Positions 56,802 to 64,000 of a stretch of 64,000 nt of DNA are shown piece by piece. A program made the translations under genes and the position numbers. The stretch is from Oscillospiraceae bacterium (GTDB lineage: Bacteria > Bacteroidota > Bacteroidia > Bacteroidales > Bacteroidaceae). The stretch lies in contig CAVBXD010000001.1 of the NCBI GenBank assembly GCA_963599465.1, positions 76,080 to 140,079 of the forward strand, read 5' to 3'. Numbering within the stretch: the stretch's first letter is position 1; the number at the start of each line of letters is the position of its first letter. Under the pieces are notes generated by a model. It was not told the origin of the DNA. It worked only from the letters and a program-made list of their open reading frames with translations, and ran no database searches.

Positions 56802-59800
56802 ATGAAAAGACCATTTGTCCTTTTGGGAGCATTGTTGCTGACCTGTTGGATTGGACCTAACTCCATTCAGGCAGCTCCTGACCCTTTGACGGTCAGTCAG
56901 AAAAGCAACACCGTGACAGGTAAGGTCGTTGACGAGAATGGTGAACCCGTGGTTGGCGCAACCATTCAAGAGACAGGTACTAACCGTGGCACCGTTACCG
57001 ACATTAACGGAAAATTCACATTGGCAGTAAGGAATGACGCCACGCTCAAGGTTTCATTCCTTGGCTACAAGACCGTATTGAGGAAAGCCACTCCAAACAT
57101 GAAAGTTGCCCTTGAGACAGACCAAGCCAACCTCGACGAGGTGGTGGTCGTGGGCTATGGCCAGCAGAAAAAGGCCAACCTGACGGGTGCGGTGGCAAAC
57201 GTTGACATGGAAAAGACGTTCGGGTCGCGTCCGGAGCAGGATGTCGCCAAGGCCCTGCAAGGTGCCGTGCCCGGTTTGACGATCCTTTCTAACAGTGGCG
57301 ACATCACCGCGTCGTCGTCTATCTCCATTCGTGGCTTGGGCACATTGTCCAACAGCCAGGACTCTTCGCCTCTTATCGTTGTGGACGGAATGCCTGTTGA
57401 CGACTTGTCGATGATAAGTGCCAACGACATTGCCAGCATCTCCGTTTTGAAAGATGCCTCTTCTTCTGCCATATACGGCTCGCGCGCTGCCTTTGGTGTT
57501 ATACTTATCACCACAAAGGGTGGTAACAAGGGCGAGAAAGTGAGCGTGAAGTACAACATGAAGTTCGGTTGGGACCAGTCGACATACCTTCCCGACTTCC
57601 CGTCGGTGCCTGAGCAGTTGCGTGCTCGCCTTATAGCCGCAGATCGTGCGGGTGAGTCTACGCCAGAGCTCTTTGGCATGTATTTCGACAAGTTGCTGCC
57701 TTATGCCGAAGCATGGGAGAAGCAGCACAGTGGCAAGAAAGGTTACACCGTCATGGAGCCATACCAGAGCATGGACAATGTGGGTGACTATTATTTCACA
57801 CCCGACGGTCCTCTTTACTATGCCGACTACGATATAAAAGGCATATGGTATAACAACCATGCCCCCTCTACAAGTCACAACGTGTCTATCTCCGGCTCGT
57901 CGGGCAAGACCACATTCTATACGTCGTTCGACTACGACTCAAAGCAGGATGTCAAGAATTTCAACCCGGGCAAGCGCTCGCGTTATGGCTTGACCGCCAA
58001 TATCAAGACCGACATCACCGATTGGTTGACGGTTGGTGTGCGCATGAATTGGACTCGCCGCCGCATGAGCTATGCCGATCCTTGGACGAACATTTATCAG
58101 TATCTGTGGCGTTGGGGTTCCTTCTTCATCCCGTCTGGAATATACGAGGATGCCGATGGTAACCAATACGACTATCGTGTCGTGGCCTTGCAAAAGAACT
58201 GCAACCGTGCCTACAATACCTTTGACCAGCTCCGCTTGAACGGCTACGTGAAGGCGAATATCACCAAGGACCTCACGTTTAATGTCGATTATACGTTCCA
58301 AACCGACAACTTAAACTATAAGGCAAGCAACAAGAGCGTCTATGGCATGAACTGGAGCGGCACATCACCACAGTATATCGTGGCTGAGAGCAATAGCGAC
58401 GCGACGCGCTGGAACACAAAGCGTAACCGCTGGACAGCCAACGCATACTTGGATTACGCCCACACGTTCTCAAAGGATCATAATTTCCATGCCATGGTAG
58501 GTATCAACGGCGAGAACTACACGTCTGACTATTTCTACGCACGTCGCAAGCAGCTCTATGACGAGAGCTATAAAGAGTTGAACCTTGCTTATGGCGACAT
58601 GTCCAAGGCTACCATAACCTCTTCCACGGGCGACCGTGCCTCGGCAGGCTATTTTGGCCGTATAAACTACGACTACAAGGGCATCTATTTGCTGGAGCTC
58701 AATGGCCGTTATGATGGTTCCTCTCGTTTCCGTGAAGGTGACCGTTGGGCATTCTTCCCAAGCTTCTCGCTGGGTTATCGTTTCTCTGAGGAGTCTTACT
58801 GGAAACCTTTGCAGAAATATGTCTCCAACGCCAAGCTGCGTTTCTCTTTCGGCGAGATAGGCAACGAGGCCATCGGCGACAACATGTTCCTCTCCACGCT
58901 GACCGCGACCCAGGGTGATAGTAGCAATCCAATTTGGCTCAATGGCAGTGGTACCAAGCTCAACCAGTTTACCATGCCAACATGGGTGACTACCTCACTG
59001 ACATGGGAACGCATCCAGACCAAGAACCTTGGCCTCGACCTCGGTTTCTTGAACAATGAGATCAACATCACGGCCGAGCTGTATGAGCGTCTCACCAAGG
59101 ACATGCTTTGCCCCGGTCAGGCTCTTCCTGCATCAGTTGGTGCCAGTGCGCCTTATACCAACAATGGTGAGTTGCAATCGCGTGGTTGGGAGCTATCGCT
59201 CTCTTGGCGTCATCAGTTCTCACGTGACCTGCAGGTGTATGCCAACTTCTCCATTGGCGACGCAAAGGTCAAGGTCAAGAAGTGGAACCCAATAAGTGTG
59301 GCTGCTGGACATTCTGCCGACGAGTATAAAATCATTGGCCACACCAACGATACCAGCTATGCCTACGAGGGCGAGACTTGGGGCGACATCTGGGGCTTTG
59401 AGACCGACCGCTACTTCACTGAGGCCGACTTCGACGGCAAGAACGCTGACGGCTCTTGGAAGTACAAGAGCGGCGTGGCCGACCAGACAGGCTTGCAGGT
59501 GGGCAACTTCGTGTATGGTCCTGGCGACATCAAATATAAGGACTTGAACGGTGACGGCAAGATTGACGGCGGTAAAGGAACCTTGGCAGACCATGGTGAC
59601 TTGAAGGTCATTGGCAATGTGTTGCCTCGCTACGAGTACAGTTTCCACGTGGGTGGCTCTTGGAAGGGCATCGACCTCGACCTCTTCTTCCAAGGCGTTG
59701 GCAAGCGCGACATCTGGACAACCTCTTCGTTCGTTTTCCCGATGGCACAGACGCAAGACCAGCAGCTGTTCACCAACCTTACCAAATACAACGTGTATGA

Positions 59801-60194
59801 CCCGGATAATGGCAATGTGAACATCAGCGAGGACAACGACTATCCATGCTTGTGGCCAGGCGTGTCTGGAAGCGGTAAGGTTACGGCGCTGGCTGCTGCC
59901 GGTGGTAACAACAACTTCTATCCACAGTCGAAGTACCTTGTGCACATGTCTTATTTGAGACTCAAGAACATCACCTTGGGTTACACGCTGCCCCGTGACC
60001 TCCTCAGGAAAATATACGTCCAAAACCTGAGAGTTTATGCCAGCGTCGACAACCTCTGGTTGCTCCACAAGGGCAATGGCAACATTCCACTTGACCCGGA
60101 AATCAATACTGGCGAAGGCTTGAACTATGGCGGTTGGGGCCGTACGGTGCCTATCACGCGCACATGGTCAGTAGGTCTGCAGCTCACATTCTAA
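56802..60194 (+). CDS. SusC/RagA-like TonB-dependent transporter
   Basis: EVVVVGYG, KKANLTGAV, VLKDASSSAIYGSRAAFGVILITTK, terminal F. Confidence 0.96.
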   Translation: MKRPFVLLGALLLTCWIGPNSIQAAPDPLTVSQKSNTVTGKVVDENGEPVVGATIQETGTNRGTVTDINGKFTLAVRNDATLKVSFLGYKTVLRKATPNMKVALETDQANLDEVVVVGYGQQKKANLTGAVANVDMEKTFGSRPEQDVAKALQGAVPGLTILSNSGDITASSSISIRGLGTLSNSQDSSPLIVVDGMPVDDLSMISANDIASISVLKDASSSAIYGSRAAFGVILITTKGGNKGEKVSVKYNMKFGWDQSTYLPDFPSVPEQLRARLIAADRAGESTPELFGMYFDKLLPYAEAWEKQHSGKKGYTVMEPYQSMDNVGDYYFTPDGPLYYADYDIKGIWYNNHAPSTSHNVSISGSSGKTTFYTSFDYDSKQDVKNFNPGKRSRYGLTANIKTDITDWLTVGVRMNWTRRRMSYADPWTNIYQYLWRWGSFFIPSGIYEDADGNQYDYRVVALQKNCNRAYNTFDQLRLNGYVKANITKDLTFNVDYTFQTDNLNYKASNKSVYGMNWSGTSPQYIVAESNSDATRWNTKRNRWTANAYLDYAHTFSKDHNFHAMVGINGENYTSDYFYARRKQLYDESYKELNLAYGDMSKATITSSTGDRASAGYFGRINYDYKGIYLLELNGRYDGSSRFREGDRWAFFPSFSLGYRFSEESYWKPLQKYVSNAKLRFSFGEIGNEAIGDNMFLSTLTATQGDSSNPIWLNGSGTKLNQFTMPTWVTTSLTWERIQTKNLGLDLGFLNNEINITAELYERLTKDMLCPGQALPASVGASAPYTNNGELQSRGWELSLSWRHQFSRDLQVYANFSIGDAKVKVKKWNPISVAAGHSADEYKIIGHTNDTSYAYEGETWGDIWGFETDRYFTEADFDGKNADGSWKYKSGVADQTGLQVGNFVYGPGDIKYKDLNGDGKIDGGKGTLADHGDLKVIGNVLPRYEYSFHVGGSWKGIDLDLFFQGVGKRDIWTTSSFVFPMAQTQDQQLFTNLTKYNVYDPDNGNVNISEDNDYPCLWPGVSGSGKVTALAAAGGNNNFYPQSKYLVHMSYLRLKNITLGYTLPRDLLRKIYVQNLRVYASVDNLWLLHKGNGNIPLDPEINTGEGLNYGGWGRTVPITRTWSVGLQLTF

Positions 60195-60221
60195 GTCAAA
60201 TGATTTAAAATCAATGCTAAC

Positions 60222-61958
60222 ATGAAGAAATCAATTTTATATATCATAGCAGCCTCTGCCATGCTGTTGACGAGTTGCGACGACTTCCTTGAGAAGAACC
60301 CTCGTGACACGTTTGTCAACAACGCGGCATTCTGGAGCAACAACAACCTGGTTGAGAGCTATAGCAATCGCTTCTACGCCTACTATGGCGGAGCGACCAA
60401 CTTCTATTTCAACTTCCTCAACGATGACCAGGTGAACCCGTCGTTCTCCAACTGGACATTTACCAATGTGCCAAACACGGCAACGGCGTGGTCGAATCGC
60501 TTTACCAACATTCGTCGTGTCAACTATCTGCTCGACGGACTGAAGACGTCAACGCTGCCCGATGCCACTAAGAAACGTTATGAGGCTATTGGCAGGATGA
60601 ACCGTGCTTATATCTATGCGGAACTGGCCAAGATGTATGGTGACGTGCAATGGGAAAGCAATGTCATACTTGACTCACAAGACAGCACCCAAACAAAAGG
60701 CCCGCGTACCGATCAGGACGTTGTGATGGACTCGGTGCTCAACGACCTCAACTTCGCTATTACTAACCTTTCTTCCAACACGTCCGACAAGACGTTGTGG
60801 AGCAAAGAGATGGCTTTGGCAATGAAGAGCGATGTCTGCCTTTACTGGGGTACATATTGTAAGTACAGAACCCTCGACGACAACGGTAAGGCTGCCGACC
60901 AGACCCTCGCGCAGAAATTCCTGCAGGAGAGCGTTAGCGCGTCGGAGCAACTCATGAACTCTGGCAAGTTCGCCCTCAACGATTGGGATGTAGCCGGTAC
61001 GTATGAGAATGCCGCCAACCCAAGCAAGCTTTATACCATCTATAACTCACTTAACTTGAGCGGCAATAGCGAGGTCATTTTCTACAAGCACTACGAGAAG
61101 GATGTCGTCAGCCATGGATTGTGCGACTATACTTGCGGCTCTACGACACAAGGCGGTATATCCAAGGATGCCATCGACGCGTTCCTCTTCCGTGATGGCA
61201 AACCCAAGGCTACCACGTCGCTTGATACCGACGACAAGGCCGTGATAAACGCCAATGGCGACTATAGCATCTCTCATTTCCTGAAGAACAAGGATCGCCG
61301 TCTTGAGATTCTCGTGGACTCAGTGCTCGCTTTCAAGGGTCATGGATGGATACGCAATGAGCCGTCGCCAGACGCGGCGTTGCCTGCCCAGATGACATCA
61401 TCCACAGGTTACACCGTTTACAAGTATGACAACCCTCAAATAGAGATGACATATCGCACAAGTACGAGTGGCTGCTACACAGACATTCCTCTCTATTGGT
61501 ATTCTGTAATCCTGTTGAACTATGCCGAGGCAAAGGCCGAGCTTGGCACAATCAGCCAGGACGACCTCAACAAGAGTGTCAACTTGCTGCAGCATCGAGC
61601 TGGATTGCCAAACATGACACTCAGCCCAGAGGCAGACCCTGCCAACAACATGGGCGTGAGCAACTTGATATGGGAAATTCGCCGCAGCCGTCGTTGCGAG
61701 CTCATGTGCGACAACGATTATCGTTATTGGGATCTCGTGCGTTGGCATCAGATGGACAAGATGGATACGAAGGTGAACCTCAACGCTAACCTTGGCGCAA
61801 ATGTCACCAACGTGCCCGACGCAGACAAGGATGAGAACGGATACTTGAAAGGCACGGCGGCAACACGCTCGTTCAGCCCGAGGTATTACCACTATCCCGT
61901 ACCATCAAACGACATACAGCTCAATAGTCAAATCAAGCAAAATCCCAATTGGGAATGA
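60222..61958 (+). CDS. SusD/RagB-like lipoprotein
   Basis: Lipobox LTSC-DDFL; YGDV, LLNYAEAKAE, RRCELM..RYWDLVRW, QNPNW. Confidence 0.94.
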   Translation: MKKSILYIIAASAMLLTSCDDFLEKNPRDTFVNNAAFWSNNNLVESYSNRFYAYYGGATNFYFNFLNDDQVNPSFSNWTFTNVPNTATAWSNRFTNIRRVNYLLDGLKTSTLPDATKKRYEAIGRMNRAYIYAELAKMYGDVQWESNVILDSQDSTQTKGPRTDQDVVMDSVLNDLNFAITNLSSNTSDKTLWSKEMALAMKSDVCLYWGTYCKYRTLDDNGKAADQTLAQKFLQESVSASEQLMNSGKFALNDWDVAGTYENAANPSKLYTIYNSLNLSGNSEVIFYKHYEKDVVSHGLCDYTCGSTTQGGISKDAIDAFLFRDGKPKATTSLDTDDKAVINANGDYSISHFLKNKDRRLEILVDSVLAFKGHGWIRNEPSPDAALPAQMTSSTGYTVYKYDNPQIEMTYRTSTSGCYTDIPLYWYSVILLNYAEAKAELGTISQDDLNKSVNLLQHRAGLPNMTLSPEADPANNMGVSNLIWEIRRSRRCELMCDNDYRYWDLVRWHQMDKMDTKVNLNANLGANVTNVPDADKDENGYLKGTAATRSFSPRYYHYPVPSNDIQLNSQIKQNPNWE

Positions 61959-61994
61959 TGCCGAATAATTTGACATTTTAGTTAAATAATCATT

Positions 61995-62030
61995 AAATAG
62001 CAGTCGATGTGACACTATCGGCTGCTATTT
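61995..62030 (+). terminator. Terminator after the second susD
   Basis: AAATAGCAGTCGAT / ATCGGCTGCTATTT. Confidence 0.7.
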
Positions 62031-62060
62031 CTGTACTTTTGCACTGTTAATAGCCTTTTT

Positions 62061-64000
62061 ATGCGAACAATCTTAAAAGTGTTTTCTATGTGTTGCGTGA
62101 GCGCGTTGTTTGCGCAACCTTTACAAGCCGATAAACTCAATCCTGTTGCTGCAGCCGCCATTTCCAGCTCTTTGCGACAGTACACGCAAGGCATAAGGAC
62201 AGGGAAGATAGTGGTTGATTCTTCGGCTGTGTCGGACGATAGCGTGAAGGTCTTTCTAAACGCCGCCCTGCAGGACGTGCCTATGCGCTCAGACAACGTT
62301 AGCGACATATTGAAGACTGTCAGCGACTGCCTGCCCGACGAGTTGCGCCAAAGACATTTGTCGCTTTATGTCAATGGACACGACATACAATCCCTGATAC
62401 CCAATTACTTTAAGACTAAGGCGGATCGCAGAAAGGCTTTTTATAATGTGCCGGCAGAATATTTAGGCAAGAGTTCCTATACGCCGTTCACTCCCATTGT
62501 TACCAATCTTGACCGTCCTTATTCTGTAAAGAACGGCCTGCAAGGCAAGCACATAGCCTTGTGGCAGAGTCATGGCAAGTATTTCGAGCAAGGCTTGAAT
62601 CGTTGGGAGTGGCAACGCGCGCGTCTCTTCGAAAGCGTTGAGGACAAGTACACCCAGAGTTTTGTCTTGCCTTATCTCGTCCCGATGCTCGAAAATGCGG
62701 GTGCTTATGTCATGATGCCTCGTGAACGTGACACAAACCCTGCCGAAGTGGTGGTAGACAATGATGGCAAGCTCGCAGTGTCGCCATACTCAGAGCGAGA
62801 CGGCTCCCAAGCGTGGGGTCTGGGCGACGGCACGGGTTTTGCCCATGCGCGCAAGCAGTACACCGGCTTTCAAAACCCATTCACGGAAGGCACGTTCAGG
62901 CAAGTGCTCACGACCAATAGCAAAAAGGAAGGAGAACAGGCTTCGGCAAAATGGACTCCGAAGATACCGCAAGACGGTCGCTATGCCGTTTACGTGGCCT
63001 ATAAGACGCTGCCAAACAGTACGGAAGACGCCCGTTATACCGTTCACCATAAAGATGGAGTCACCCGTTTCTCCGTAAACCAGACTATGGGTGGCGGCAC
63101 GTGGATTTATCTTGGCACCTTCAGTTTCGCCAAGGGCGAAGGCGGGTTCGTAGAACTGAGCAACTTCAGCAAGACCGCAGGCAAGGTGCTAACTGCCGAC
63201 GCGGTAAAATTCGGAGGAGGCATGGGCAATGTCGCAAGGGCAGCCGATGGCGACAAGATCACGAGCTACACAAAAGGTCGTTCCAGTGATAACCAAACGG
63301 ATCGTAATGCCTATCAGCCAAAGCTCGATTACGTGCCACAAGTGAGCGGCTATCCACGTTACCTTGAAGGCTCACGCTATTATCTGCAATGGGCAGGCAT
63401 TCCAGACAGTGTCTATTCGCCATCTCATGGAACAAACGATTATACCGACGACTATCGCGACCGTGGCCTTTGGGTCAATTATCTCGCAGGAGGCACTCGT
63501 GCCTGTCCCGACGTGAAAGGATTGAACATACCAATCGCCTTGTCGTTCGCTTTCCATAGCGATGCCGGCACCGTGCCTGGCGACTCCATCATAGGCAACC
63601 TTGGCATATATCAGACGTCACAATATGGTGGCGTGTTTGCCGATGGCACTTCGCGAGATGCCAATCGCGACTTGTGTGACCTCGTGCAAAGCCAGATAGC
63701 CCACGACCTCAGGCTTCAGTCTGATCCTAAATGGACGCGCCGCGGAATGTGGAACCAACGTTACTTTGAGGCTTGGGTGCCCCGTGTGCCAGCAATGTTG
63801 CTTGAGCTCATGTCGCACGAGAATTTCGCTGACATGCGCTATGGCCTTGACCCTCGTTTTCGTTTCCAGGTTGGGCGTGCCATATACAAAGGAATGCTCC
63901 GATTCCTCAGCACCGAATATGGCTACCCTTACATCGTCCAGCCATTGCCGGTCAAGATGGTCAGTGCCACGCTGAACGAGAAGAAGCAGGCCGTGCTTAC
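62061..64000 (+). CDS. Exported Amidase_3-like protein with inserted golvesin/xanthan-lyase-like beta domain (runs off the window end)
   Basis: Not in the ORF track. Manual translation from ATG 62061 (MRTILKVFSM...) gives in-frame HIALWQSHG, VEDKYT, GTWIYLGTF, AFHSDAG, MLLELMSHEN. Confidence 0.8.
   Translation, partial: MRTILKVFSMCCVSALFAQPLQADKLNPVAAAAISSSLRQYTQGIRTGKIVVDSSAVSDDSVKVFLNAALQDVPMRSDNVSDILKTVSDCLPDELRQRHLSLYVNGHDIQSLIPNYFKTKADRRKAFYNVPAEYLGKSSYTPFTPIVTNLDRPYSVKNGLQGKHIALWQSHGKYFEQGLNRWEWQRARLFESVEDKYTQSFVLPYLVPMLENAGAYVMMPRERDTNPAEVVVDNDGKLAVSPYSERDGSQAWGLGDGTGFAHARKQYTGFQNPFTEGTFRQVLTTNSKKEGEQASAKWTPKIPQDGRYAVYVAYKTLPNSTEDARYTVHHKDGVTRFSVNQTMGGGTWIYLGTFSFAKGEGGFVELSNFSKTAGKVLTADAVKFGGGMGNVARAADGDKITSYTKGRSSDNQTDRNAYQPKLDYVPQVSGYPRYLEGSRYYLQWAGIPDSVYSPSHGTNDYTDDYRDRGLWVNYLAGGTRACPDVKGLNIPIALSFAFHSDAGTVPGDSIIGNLGIYQTSQYGGVFADGTSRDANRDLCDLVQSQIAHDLRLQSDPKWTRRGMWNQRYFEAWVPRVPAMLLELMSHENFADMRYGLDPRFRFQVGRAIYKGMLRFLSTEYGYPYIVQPLPVKMVSATLNEKKQAVL

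Overview
Chromosomal window from a Bacteroidales genome, probably Prevotellaceae (TAnnTTTG promoters, SusC/D pairs, T9SS C-terminal domains). From left to right: (1) a complete Bacteroidota-type dcw cluster on the minus strand (mraZ to a partial ftsZ); (2) housekeeping and envelope genes (glsA/glsB-like acyltransferases, dgt, dut-TPR-DUF4292-envC-like, aspartic protease, HAD, YitT, OmpA/MotB, purL, chromate transporters, M20, acyl-CoA ligase, a frameshift-free prfB); (3) an AT-rich 1.35 kb cidA-lrgB cassette bounded by imperfect terminal inverted repeats and a 9-bp direct repeat, with no transposase; (4) two NSS transporters, an HhH protein and DUF4252; (5) tRNA-Pro and tRNA-Phe, a starch-type susCDEF locus with divergent T9SS-type GH13 and GH53 genes and twin LacI-like operators, an Rpn/PD-(D/E)XK nuclease, and tRNA-Val; (6) a second susC/D pair and a partial Amidase_3-like protein. 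A 22-bp intergenic repeat family occurs at three loci. The best candidates for novelty are the non-autonomous cargo cassette and the 22-bp repeat family, one array of which lies next to the Rpn nuclease. All calls come from reading the sequence by eye; no searches were run.
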